A stretch of 64,000 bases of DNA. Source: Geosiphon pyriformis uo1. Its lineage: Eukaryota > Fungi > Glomeromycota. Below, piece after piece: positions 13,805-26,589 of this stretch. Position 1 is the first letter of the stretch, and each line of letters begins with the position of its first letter. The stretch covers positions 245,239 to 309,238 of the forward strand of contig JAAOMT010000227.1 in assembly GCA_016748015.1 (NCBI GenBank). The letters run 5' to 3'. The position numbers and the translations under genes were made by a program. Under the pieces are notes generated by a model. It worked only from the letters and a program-made list of their open reading frames with translations, was not told where the DNA came from and ran no database searches.

Positions 13805-15990
13805 GTGGCAGAATCAAAAAGCATAGAAGCAAACCATTTAGAATTCACAAAATCCTTATTTCAACACTACTGTCAACACTTGAGATTAAACCACAATCAG
13901 ATATCAGCAGAATCAGTCTTCAATTTCTATGTCAATGAAAAAATTGTCTATTTGTTAGGAATACCAGTAAACACTGAATTAGCGAGAGAAACTTTTTACC
14001 ATAAATTAATCCAAAATACCAGCTTACTAACAAATTATAATTTCGCATTTATCATTACTAAGATTAATAAAGAAATTGAACATTACATACAACAAAGATA
14101 CCCAATCATTTATGCCAGTAAAGGCAAAGAAAAATTACAAACACCAGCAGTAACACTCCAACGGATCTAACCACCCATTTGGAAGAAACACAGAATTGAA
14201 TCACCAACAAATCCATCATACCACTATATATCTGGAAGCGCCATCAACATTACAGCAACAGATGTGTCCACATTACACACAGCATCAACCTTTGGATGAT
14301 TCTCATTTCAGAGTAAACAAAAGAAAAAAGATCTTCTAGGATCATATGGCACATATTTCAAAGGATTTAAGTTATGATCTTCAACACCATCAGGACTTTG
14401 ATCTCTGCTACAGCAACCAGATTTCAGAATCGCGAGTCTCTGGGAAGTAACGGATTCAAAAAAAGAACAAGAAGAAGAGAAAGAAGAATCTAAAGATCAA
14501 GAATTTACTTACCAGAACCTGATCCCAGAAAACCCAAACATTAAAACCCCAAATTTTCAGACTCAGCAAAATCCAAATTTGGAAAATCCAGAAATTGAGA
14601 CTTTGAATTTCTAAATGCAGCACAATCAGAATGATCACAACCCCAACATCAATGATCAATAACACTTACCTCCAGTAATCATGATTAATTCAGCTCTACC
14701 AATCGACAAACAGCAACAGCAGTTACTTCAACCACCTCAACAACCACAGCAGCCACTTCAACAGCCACAACAACAACTGCAACAATCAAACATTGATCCA
14801 ATGGTCTACACTCTGATAGTAAAACTTGAAAAATTTACTGGCAAAAAAAACAACGCCCAAGTGTGGCTAAACAATGTGGAGAAAGCCATTATAGCCAACA
14901 GCTGGAATGATGCCAGAGCCATACAGGCTATTTTTTACTTTCTTCAAAATACCGCCAATTTATAATATCAAAGCTTGGCTAACAAACCCCAAGATTTTGC
15001 TGCATTTAAGCTTGCATTCCTACAATATTTTAGCAACAATAATAGTATTAATCGGCTAGCAAACACTTTCACCACTATCAAACAAGGGGAAAATGAAGCA
15101 GTCACTACTTACCTAAAATGCTTCCATAGGAATCTGTGTCAGATTCAAGCAATCCAAGCTGACTATTTTACAGTGCCCCAAATTCTAAACCAATTTATTA
15201 GAGGCCTGTGCAGTAGCATCCTCCAATGCATATGTCCAATGCATCCAGCAGATCTTCAAGCCACAGTTACCAATGCCTGAAATTTTGAAACAGCTGAACT
15301 CAAAGCTAACCATGCCCAAGCCGTTAACCTAGTGATGAATAGATCATCTGAATTGAATTCCAAATTGAAACAATTCAGTGATTCCATCAATCAGAAATTA
15401 GAGGAATACTTAGTTAACAATCATGCAATTTATCAGCCACCCCAATGATGCAATAATTTAGGAATCACAAATCACCCACAAAATCAGTTGTGTTCCTCAT
15501 CATCATCCAATCAGCTATGGCAGCAAGAAATGCATATTTGCTACTACTGTGGTAAACAAGGACATTTGAGAAGCAATTGTCAGTTAAGAATAGAAAACCA
15601 ACGATTGAGAAATCAATATTGAAACTCTGATTACAGGTTTCTAACTCTGAATTATCAATCAAGCTCAGCAACATATCAACTGACTTACCTGCCAATAATG
15701 CAACAGCCAATATATCAACCACCCGTATATCAACTTCCAGTTTATCCACCACAGCCACTGATAATATATCAACTGCCACAGCCACAAATAATTTATCAAA
15801 CACCCGCAGTTCAAACACCACCATCAAATCCAGCTCAAATAACATCAGAGAACCCTAGATCAAGAGTCATCTAAAACTGGAGATCAGTAATGGTTGTTCA
15901 CCAACTGATTCTTAGTTCACCCAACCAGCCATTCGGATTACAACAGCAGAGTTCAGGAACTAGGTACACGTAAAACCCAAGTTCCCAGAA
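13805..15990 (+). pseudogene. gag of element E (N-terminal extension, capsid, CCHC knuckle, YQPP repeats)
   Basis: One frame broken only by point-mutation stops; KFTG..AQVWL, QFIRGL, CYYCGKQGHLRSNC at ~15531-15580. Confidence 0.85.
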
Positions 15991-18900
15991 CTATTTAAGT
16001 CTTCTGGTTACTCCAGAAAGTGCCTCACCCAACAACTGGGAACCCAAACAGAAGCAACTGCTTACCAATATTCTGCCAGCCATTGTCATGGAAGACGAGT
16101 CTCTAGCAGCTATATTTTCTTTTGAAATCAAGGAACTGACAGAAACTCCTTTGTTCAGTGAAGCTGCACTTGAAGAAAAACCTATTACAGTGATATACAC
16201 GGATGCCAAAATTGATAATCAGTCTATCAAACTGATCCTAGATAGTGGATTAGCTAGCAGCATCATTACAAGACAGCTCATGGACCAATTAGATTGCTGA
16301 GTTGATCAAGCTGCCAATGCAAGGATAATTACTGCTGATGGAGCCACCAAGACACCAATTGGTAAAATAGATGCCCTACCCATTAAAGTCAATGGCATTA
16401 TTATACTGATCAAGGTATTAGTCATGGAAGCCACTCAGTACTAAGCACTCATTGGCAACAATTGGCTGTCCAAAACCCATGTAATACTCAATTGGAACAT
16501 TCAAGAGCTTCAGTTTAGTCAAAATGGTTAATACACACATGTACCAGTCACATGTGGCCATTTCAAACCCATCACCACACCATCAGCACCACTCATCAAG
16601 TTTAAAGAAGAAAAAGAGAAACCTACTTGGGAAGTATACCAAGTCTCTTTGGCTGATGAAGACCACAATAAGTTGCCGCTAATACTCTCCTGAGATAACA
16701 ATAACAAAAAAAAGCAGGAGGAAGAACTTACCTGGAATATTGACCAAGCCTGAGAAACTGATAATGACCAAGACAAATCAGCACACTGGGAGTGGAAAGA
16801 AATGGACAAGGGAAAGGGAAAGGAGAAGAAAAAAGAAACTACCCCTACCAGCAGCACTTATAGTTTATACGCTTATACCTCATTACAACCACCCAATTAT
16901 TGTCAACCAAAATTAAAATGTGTCAATTGTGGCAAAAGATTGTCATCAATGAGCACTTGCTGTGGCAATGATAAAGAATATGCCATGGTCACAAAATTTT
17001 ATTGCCATCCATGCATTATAAAACACTTTGGATGACCAAAATGACAAGGAAAGTGGGATAATTAATTCTGTTTCACATGTGGAACTATCTTACCAAACGA
17101 AGAAATGTGGAATGACATTCCTGGGCACAGAGGAATATGCGACAAGACATGCCAGTACACTATCTTGATAAACAACTGAGTAAGCAAAAGAACACCAATT
17201 GACGACACCTGGAAAAGAGCATTGCAACAATTAGAAAGATACCTCCATGACGAACATGAACTCTGAAGAATGGCATATGCAAAAGCAGAAGGTGTGACCA
17301 TCAGCAAACTACTGGAAATCAAAAACAATCCTCTATCTCTTCCTGAACCCAAATATGTTCAAACTNNNNNNNNNNNNNNNNNNNNCCCGTATATCAACTT
17401 CCAGTTTATCCACCACAGCCACTGATAATATATCAACTGCCACAGCCACAAATAATTTATCAAACACCCGCAGTTCAAACACCACCATCAAATCCAGCTC
17501 AAATAACATCAGAGAACCCTAGATCAAGAGTCATCTAAAACTGGAGATCAGTAATGGTTGTTCACCAACTGATTCTTAGTTCACCCAACCAGCCATTCGG
17601 ATTACAACAGCAGAGTTCAGGAACTAGGTACACGTAAAACCCAAGTTCCCAGAACTATTTAAGTCTTCTGGTTACTCCAGAAAGTGCCTCACCCAACAAC
17701 TGGGAACCCAAACAGAAGCAACTGCTTACCAATATTCTGCCAGCCATTGTCATGGAAGACGAGTCTCTAGCAGCTATATTTTCTTTTGAAATCAAGGAAC
17801 TGACAGAAACTCCTTTGTTCAGTGAAGCTGCACTTGAAGAAAAACCTATTACAGTGATATACACGGATGCCAAAATTGATAATCAGTCTATCAAACTGAT
17901 CCTAGATAGTGGATTAGCTAGCAGCATCATTACAAGACAGCTCATGGACCAATTAGATTGCTGAGTTGATCAAGCTGCCAATGCAAGGATAATTACTGCT
18001 GATGGAGCCACCAAGACACCAATTGGTAAAATAGATGCCCTACCCATTAAAGTCAATGGCATTATTATACTGATCAAGGTATTAGTCATGGAAGCCACTC
18101 AGTACTAAGCACTCATTGGCAACAATTGGCTGTCCAAAACCCATGTAATACTCAATTGGAACATTCAAGAGCTTCAGTTTAGTCAAAATGGTTAATACAC
18201 ACATGTACCAGTCACATGTGGCCATTTCAAACCCATCACCACACCATCAGCACCACTCATCAAGTTTAAAGAAGAAAAAGAGAAACCTACTTGGGAAGTA
18301 TACCAAGTCTCTTTGGCTGATGAAGACCACAATAAGTTGCCGCTAATACTCTCCTGAGATAACAATAACAAAAAAAAGCAGGAGGAAGAACTTACCTGGA
18401 ATATTGACCAAGCCTGAGAAACTGATAATGACCAAGACAAATCAGCACACTGGGAGTGGAAAGAAATGGACAAGGGAAAGGGAAAGGAGAAGAAAAAAGA
18501 AACTACCCCTACCAGCAGCACTTATAGTTTATACGCTTATACCTCATTACAACCACCCAATTATTGTCAACCAAAATTAAAATGTGTCAATTGTGGCAAA
18601 AGATTGTCATCAATGAGCACTTGCTGTGGCAATGATAAAGAATATGCCATGGTCACAAAATTTTATTGCCATCCATGCATTATAAAACACTTTGGATGAC
18701 CAAAATGACAAGGAAAGTGGGATAATTAATTCTGTTTCACATGTGGAACTATCTTACCAAACGAAGAAATGTGGAATGACATTCCTGGGCACAGAGGAAT
18801 ATGCGACAAGACATGCCAGTACACTATCTTGATAAACAACTGAGTAAGCAAAAGAACACCAATTGACGACACCTGGAAAAGAGCATTGCAACAATTAGAA

Positions 18901-19029
18901 AGATACCTCCATGACGAACATGAACTCTGAAGAATGGCATATGCAAAAGCAGAAGGTGTGACCATCAGCAAACTACTGGAAATCAAAAACAATCCTCTAT
19001 CTCTTCCTGAACCCAAATATGTTCAAACT
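15722..19029. other. Assembly artefact: 15722-17365 repeated at 17386-19029 across a 20-N gap
   Basis: Identical ORFs offset by 1664 bp; N run at 17366-17385. Confidence 0.9.
16088..16560 (+). pseudogene. Aspartic protease of element E
   Basis: LILDSGLASSII, ALIGNNWL; same frame as gag. Confidence 0.85.
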
Positions 19030-19462
19030 TTTGACATCTTTGGCAACATCAAGAATGACTCAAAGGAATTTCACAAACATTACCAGCAATTAGCACCCAC
19101 TAGAGAAGAACAGAAACACCCAATTATGTGACCACTGTTTGATTCCATGTAATTTCTAGTATTGTAATGAGTGTGACCTCATTTACAATCCACCACCACG
19201 CATGATCTATACAATCTCAGAAGAAGACAAACCAATGAGCAACTGCACATTAGAATTGGAATCAGTTTTTAATTCTGATTCAAACTCTAATAATGACGAT
19301 AACAAAAACACTGGTTTTAGCTCTGCTCAATATGGCAACAAAAGTTTCAATGATTCAGACTCTGATTCAAATTTGGAAATATACATTGTGCTTCCTGATC
19401 TCTTTAAGGAACAAAAACTCAAATAATATAGTGATAATAATGAAGATATCATATCTGAATGC

Positions 19463-19850
19463 ATGCATGATACTGATACAGAATTTGATCTGAGATATTC
19501 AAGAAAAGATGCCATCAAAGTGGAACCAAATTCACACACATGTATTGATCTCAAAATAGCTCTGGAAATTTTAGCAACAACCATGGTTCAATTAGTATCT
19601 AAAAATAGCCTAGTGAAAAAAGAAATCAACATTAGAGGAGGAATAATTAATGCAGAGTATGTAGAAAATATCATTGCTATGCTACAAAATGACTCGGAAA
19701 AGACTTATACTATAGAACCAAATGAAAAGATAACACAAACAATATTTCTACTTTTGGTAAAAATAGCTTAGTTAGTTTCAGTGAGAAATAGAGAAGAATT
19801 AGGGATTACTGCTAGAGGGATACAGGGATTTGGATTAATGAGTAGAATAG
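19463..19850 (+). pseudogene. dUTPase domain of element E
   Basis: TEFDL, SKNSLV, GGIINAEY, EKITQ, RGIQGFG. Confidence 0.88.
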
Positions 19851-20259
19851 ATATACCAGTTAATATGACAGAAAAAGAGGTTATTGACAAAGGAGAAATT
19901 ATCTCAACCTGTCAATCAATCTCCATTTTACTATATAACCAGTATATGTTAACCATAAAAAGAGAAATAAGCTCAATTGTTTGAAGCAGAAGCCACTATT
20001 TGCGAATTAGAAGAGATTGGACTTACTAATCTCTATATCAGCCAAAAGCCTCAAAAATATCAAAATTCCTATCTACAACACAATAGAAAGTGTTATTGAA
20101 ATACTAAAAAAAACCATTATTGGATATTTAACCACCGAAGTTGAGGATCAACCACCAAACCAAATTCCAGATTTTCCACAGCTTTGTGAATATGTGGACA
20201 TCACATTACAAACTATTTATGGATGAAGCAAATGTTATCTGCTCCAACCAAAACAATTG

Positions 20260-21666
20260 GAACAGATAAACATGAGGAATCTAGACCCACTCCAACAGAT
20301 GCAACTAAAGATGTTAGCCAACAAATTCAATAACATCTTTGCCAGTGAAAATAAATTTGGCAGAACCAACATAATCCAGCATTAGATTAAAACTGGAGAT
20401 GCAATGCTAATTAAACAAAGAGCATACAGAGTACTACCAGCTAGCCATGAGATCATTTGTTAAGAAATTAACCAAATGCTTGACAATGGGCTAATTCAGC
20501 CATCAATGAGTTCATGGTCGTCACCAGTGGTACTAGTCCAGAAGAAAAATGGAAAAATCCACTTTTGTGTAGACTACTGGAAACTGAATGGAGTAACAAA
20601 GAGTGATAGCTATCCAACTCCAAAGATCCAAGAACTATTCGACGCTTTTGGGGGAAATAAATGGTTCTCAACACTAGATTTAGATAGTGGTTACTGACAA
20701 GTAGCCATGAACCTAGTTGACAAAGAAAAAACAGCATTTACCACAAGAAAGGGAAATTTTGAGTTTGAAGTCATGCTATTTGAATTGATGAATGCTCCAG
20801 CAACATTCCAACAGCTCATGAAAATTGTCTATACTGGATTACTATGGAAATCAGTAGTCATATACTTGGATGACACCAATGTGTTCTCAAAAACATTCAA
20901 TGATCATCTGCATCATCTCCAACAAGTGTTTAAAAGATTAAAAAGAGCCAAACTAAAGCTAAATGCAACCAAATATTTCTTTGGAAAAACTGAACTCAAG
21001 TTTTTGGAACATGTGGTGAGCAAAGATGGAATCAAAATGGATACAGATAAGATTGCAATAGTAAAGAACTTTTCAGTACCAGCAAACTTGTCAGAACTAA
21101 GAGCATTTTTGGAATTTGCAGGCTATTATCGACATTTTATCAAGGATTTTTCTAAACTAGTCCAGCCACTTTACCATCTACAAACCAAGAATGTGAAGTA
21201 TGAATAGACTGAAGCTCAACAAAAGGTGTTTGACACACTAAGAAGAAAGCTTATTCAAGCTCCAGTATTAATGTATTCAGATCACAGCAAACCATTTATC
21301 ATTACTATGAATGCATCAGGTCAAGCATTGGGAGCAGTACTATCACAGAAAAGACCAGATAGAAGAGAACATTCAGTAGCTTATGCCAGTAGAAGCTTAA
21401 GTCTAGCCAAAAAGAACTATGGAACACTAGCACTAGAACATTTAGCAATCTATTGAGCAGTCATAAAATAGAGAGAATACTTGAGCCAAAAGTTTGAAAT
21501 ATATATGGATCACAAGGGATTGACTTCAATCCAAAAACAAAAATTTGCAGACAACCATTATGTCAGATGGAAAATAGAACTTTCACCATTCAATTATACA
21601 GTACATTATAAAAAAAGAAAAGACAATGGAAATACTGATGGATTGTCGTAAATGAGACAAATCTAA
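20260..21666 (+). pseudogene. RT-RNase H of element E
   Basis: SSWSSPVVLV, FCVDY, LDLDSGY, YLDD, YASRSLS; TAA at 21664. Confidence 0.92.
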
Positions 21667-21698
21667 AAACATTTTAACTTAAAAATATATAACAAAAG

Positions 21699-23075
21699 AT
21701 GAACACACAAAAATACCAACAACTTCAGCATTATATAAATACTCAATTGTTCAAAGAGAAATTATCTCAAAAAGAACAAAACAACATAAAACAGCAATCA
21801 AAATATTTCATCAATCATCAAAATATACTTTACCAGAAAAGCAGAAGAAATCCAGACCAACCAACCAGAGTAATTACAGAATCAGAAAAAGAAACAATAT
21901 TGTTTAACATGTACTCAGATCCAATAGCAAGACATTTTCATAAAAAAGCAACCATAGAAAGAGCCAGAAAAAGATACTATTGACCATCAATATATCCAGA
22001 CATTATCCAATATGTTCAAAGTTGTGATGCTTGTCAAAGAAGAAGTAGAACAAGACCAAGTGAACCATTAAGACCAATCAAAATAGAACAACCATTCAAT
22101 CATATTGGAATTGACTTAGTCAGACCATTAACAATTACCAGCAGAGGCAATAGATATATCGCAGTAGCCATAGACTATCTTACTAAATGGCCAGAAGCAA
22201 AAGCCATTCAAAGAGCAGATGCAGAATCTATTGCCAAATTTGTTTATCAAGATTTGATTTGTTGACATGGATGTCCAAAAGAACTATTATCAGATCAAGG
22301 AACTCACTTTGTAAACAGAACATTAGCAGAATTAAGTCAGAGATTTGGAATCAAAAGACCATTATCATCACCATACCATCCACAAACAAATGAGTTAGTT
22401 GAGAGGTTTAACCAAACATTGTGTGAAGCAATCACCAAGATTAGTCAAAAAAATCAGAACGAATGGGATTTGTTCATACCATCAGTATTATTTGCTTATC
22501 AGACAATGAAGTAAGACACTACACAAGCAACACCATTTGAATTAGTATATGGTAGAATAGCAACATTACCAGTTGAAATAGAAGTCACTATTTATCCAAC
22601 AGAACCAATAACTGAAGACAATTTTCAGAAAACATTGCTAAAAAGAACATATGACTTAATGGAAACATTAGAAAATAAATGGCAAAGAGCAGCTAATAAC
22701 ATCCAGAAGTCACAAAAAAAACAAAAAAAAAGACATGATAATCAACTACCAGACAAACCAATTGAATTCAAGATTGGAGACAAAGTACTTTTATATCATA
22801 CCAAAGTGGAAAAACAATGGAGTGAAAAATTTGACTCCAAATGGGACAGATCATTTCACATAGAAGAAATTCTTGGAAATGGAGCTTATAAATTAAGATG
22901 GGACAACAAAATCTTAACCAAAGCAGCACATAGTAATTGACTGAAACCATATCACCAAATAGCATCATCATCTACCAATAACATTCCACAATTGAAAGTA
23001 CAATAAATACTAATTCAACCAGATGAGATTCCATGAGATCTGGAATCAATCATAATCATTGGACCAAACACATAA
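21699..23075 (+). pseudogene. Integrase of element E (separate ORF, 459 codons with point stops)
   Basis: HHCC remnants, IGIDLV, SDQGTHF, VERFN, eroded GPF/Y module. Confidence 0.9.
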
Positions 23076-23093
23076 TATCAAACAAGAGAAGAG

Positions 23094-23101
23094 TATATAA
23101 A
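23094..23101 (+). promoter_or_regulatory. Candidate internal TATA box for ORF3
   Basis: GTATATAAAG conserved in D, E and F; GTATAAATA in C; 40-45 nt before the ORF3 ATG. Confidence 0.5.
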
Positions 23102-23135
23102 GACACAGTATATGCGACAAAGGCAACCAAGAAAA

Positions 23136-23771
23136 ATGGAAATACCAGATTATATTCATGTCATAGCTCAACAATTGTTCCAGGCCTTAAGTGAACAACA
23201 GTTAAACATGGAAATTGTTATTAATAAACAAATAATTTGCTATCAAAACACCCAAAGAAAGACAAAGAACACACCATATCAGTGACCACCAAAGAATGAT
23301 AAAGACTGGTCAGATAACATAATAGAAAAAGTAAAGAACACTTTTGGAAAAATACTTATTATGGCACCAACAGAAGAACTTACAAAAAAAAATTGGAAGC
23401 AATGGACAGAACAACTTCTAATATCATACTATTACTACCAGTTAGGTCGAAAGTTGAATATTTAAGAGTTGTATATCAACAAATCCAAGAAAATATTTAA
23501 CCAAAACATAATACAGCAAATTGAGGAATTTATTGGGAAAAAGACAAATTCGACATTACATGTGAGAACAATTTATCAACTGCACAACATATTTCAAAAC
23601 TACCCAGAAATACTGTTACACTCTGACATAGAAACCATAATCATTAATCAATAAGGAAGAATGAACAATGTACAAGTAGAAGACATAAAAAATAAAGTTA
23701 AACAAACAATACTAGAAAAAGAAGTATTAGAGCTAATTCAAAATGAAGATTTCAATAGAGCTCAATTTTAA
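23136..23771 (+). pseudogene. ORF3 of element E (~211 aa, unknown function)
   Basis: Single frame MEIPDYIH...EDFNRAQF* with three internal point stops; the stop abuts the PPT. Confidence 0.7.
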
Positions 23772-23785
23772 AAAAAAAGAAATAA

Positions 23786-24601
23786 TGTTACTCATAGAAA
23801 GAAAACAGATATAGGAAAATAGTAGACCAATAAGTGAATAGTATGTAGCACATGAGCACATTGCTCAGCAATGTAGAGCAATGTCAGAAAACATAACACA
23901 TTGTTCAGCAATGTGGAGCAATGTTAGAAAATTAGGGCACATTGCTCAGCAATGTAAGCATTGCTTAAAAAATCATAGCACATTGCTCAGAAATGTGAGC
24001 AATCTCATAGAACATCAATTATGTATATATAGTGATAGCATTAGAAGTAGAAAGAGCAGAATTCATCAGTTCAAAACTTTCTATATCACAAATATCAATA
24101 AATAATTATTCACTATCCCAACCCACTTTCCACTATTAACATAAAGTGTTGATAGTAATTAATACTTAACCATGCTGAAACAATAGCTCTTGATCATGGC
24201 TATTGACAGGATACTAACTTGCAATTGCTTTTGTTTATGTCTTTATTTTCTTTTATTTTCTTTTATTTCTTTTTGTTATTTCTTTGGTTTTACTAAATTG
24301 ATTAAGGATTAAGCATTGAGATACAGATATCATAGAGACTGGTAAAAGACTCGTGAAACAAGGGTAGAACATTCATAGATTTGAGGATAGCTTACCAGGA
24401 GGATTACTGGCCACTATGCTGAGAAAGAAATTCAATGGAATTGCGATTCTGGGAGGCTACTGAAAACAACTATTAAATCTCTGTCCATTATACAAAAAAC
24501 TCCACAACCAAAACCTTCAGATATCAACACCTGAGTACCAACTAAGCACCAAGTTACAGATTTGTTATTTGACTTAAGACCCCAAATAATCATCTGTAAC
24601 A
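23786..24601 (+). repeat. 3' LTR of element E
   Basis: TGTTACTC...GTAACA after an A/G-rich PPT. Confidence 0.92.
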
Positions 24602-25698
24602 TCACACAGTTGTGGAAAGTCTGAAATGGTATTTGGCAGTTGGTCTTCAATTTCAGTGGTTAAATATCCAATAGTAATTCCTTCTGGTATCTTGATGACA
24701 TTTTCCATGTTGTTGTAAATAGGGATTTTGATGTGTTTGTGGTTTTTAACTGGTATGTGTAAATTGACTAATCCAATCTCTTCTGATTCACAAAGTGTTG
24801 CTTCTGCCTCAAAAATCTGAACCTGATTTTTTACTTTTCTCTCTATAGTCACCATGTACTGGTTATATGGTGGGATGAAAATTGGTTGATGGGTGGAGAT
24901 AATTTCTCCCTTGTTAATAATTTTTTTCTCTGTCATATTAACTGGTATATCTATTCTACCCATAGATCTGAATTCTTGTATTTCTTTTGCTGTTATCTCT
25001 AATTCTTCCCTGTTTCTCACTAATACTAATTGAGCTATTTTAACCAAAGATAGGAATATTGCCTGTGCTATTTTTTCATTTAGATCTATAATATATGTCT
25101 TTTCTGAATTATTTTGTAGCATAGCAATAATATTTCTTATGTATTCTGCATTAATTATTTCTCCTCTGATGTTGATTTCCTTTTTGGCTAAGCTACTCCT
25201 AGATGCTAATTGAACCATTATTGTTGCTGGAATTTCTGGTGTTATTTTAAGATCAATACAGATGTGCAAATGGAGTTTCAATTTGATAAGATCTTTTCCC
25301 GGATATCTTAGATCAAACTCTGCATCAATATTATGCACACATTCTGACATAATATTTTCATTATTATTGCTGAACCATTTAAGTTCCTGTTTCTTGGTGA
25401 GATCAGGAAGTGTGATGTATGTTTTGGGATTTGAATTGGAGTTTAAATCATTGTAATTTTTGTGGTCATTTGAAACAGAGCTAGAACTGTTATTTTCATC
25501 ATCATCATTATTAGAGTTTGAATCAGAATTGAAAGTTAATTTCAATTTTGATGTGCAGCTGCTGATTGGTTTTTCCTCTTGCAAGATTGTGTAGATTATA
25601 CATAATGGTGAATTGTAAATAAGGTCATACTCATTACAATATTGGAAGTCACATAAGATCAAACAATGGTTACATAGACTTGTGTTTATTTCTTCCAA
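24602..25698 (-). pseudogene. Cys-rich, dUTPase and linker region of element D
   Basis: 374-aa ORF with CNHC, DAEFDL, ASRSSLA, EKIAQAI. Confidence 0.88.
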
Positions 25699-26589
25699 CT
25701 GTTGCTCTTGTTTCTCTCTAGTGAGTGCTAATTTCTAATAGTGTTCATGGAATTGTTCTGGATCCAGTAGATTTATGACTGGTTCTAAGTCCCAATCAAG
25801 TTTTATAGGTTCTGGTGAATTGTTCTTTATTATTCTTATTTCTTCTGGTAACACTTCTTCAATTTTGGTGAGAGTTATTCACCAAATTTCATCATTATTG
25901 TATAGACATCTGTTCAAGCATTTGACTGCTTGTCTCTAGACAGCATCTATGAGCATTTCTTTTCTTATCCAGTTACTTATAAAAATCATGTACTGACACA
26001 ATTCATTGCATGTTTCTCCTCTTCCAAGAATGTTGTTCCACATTTTTTTGTCAAGAAGAGTTTTTTCACAAGCCAAGCATGGCTCATTATTCTATTTTCT
26101 AATTTGTTTTGGTCTTCCAAAGCATTCAATAAGACATGGGTGGCAATAGAACTTAGTTGCTGTCTGGTATTTCTTGTTATCATTACAGCATGTGCTTATT
26201 GATAACAATTTCTTGCCACAATCAATACATACCAGTTTTGGGTGGCAATAGTTAGATGATTTTGGTAGAGTATATGTGTATAGGGTATAAGTAGCAGTGG
26301 TGGTTGATATTGGTTTTTCTTCTTTCCTCTTTTCTTTTTTTTTTGTATTTTTTTCCTGCTTCCAATTTATTAGCTCTTCCTGGTTATTGTTGGTTTTCCA
26401 AATTTGGTCAGCATTTTAGGTAAGGTCTTTCTTTTGTTTTCTTTTTTCATTGTTGCCCCAGGAAGATATTGGTAGTAACTCATTGTGGTTACCTTCAGCC
26501 TATAACACTTGATAGACTTCTCAGGTGGATTTCTTTTCTTTTTTTTCAAACTTAATAAGTAGTGCTAGCACATTGGTGGTCTTGAAATG

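Larger units (their letters stand above)
12911..24601 (+). mobile_element. Ty3/Gypsy element E, full-length, inserted antisense into D upstream of RT
   Basis: LTRs 12911-13744 and 23786-24601, TSD CCAC/TCAC, PBS, PPT; D's frame DFPQLC-GYVDIT rejoins across it. Confidence 0.93.

Noticed and set aside
15722-19029. Tandem duplication of the protease/Cys-rich region in E
   Set aside because: The copies look identical, including stop codons, and meet at a 20-N gap: unmerged contig overlap.
22940-23075. Chromodomain at the integrase C-terminus
   Set aside because: The tail is short and lacks the YLVKW/TWE pattern.
23136-23771. ORF3 as an envelope gene
   Set aside because: Short and hydrophilic, with no signal peptide or transmembrane segment visible.
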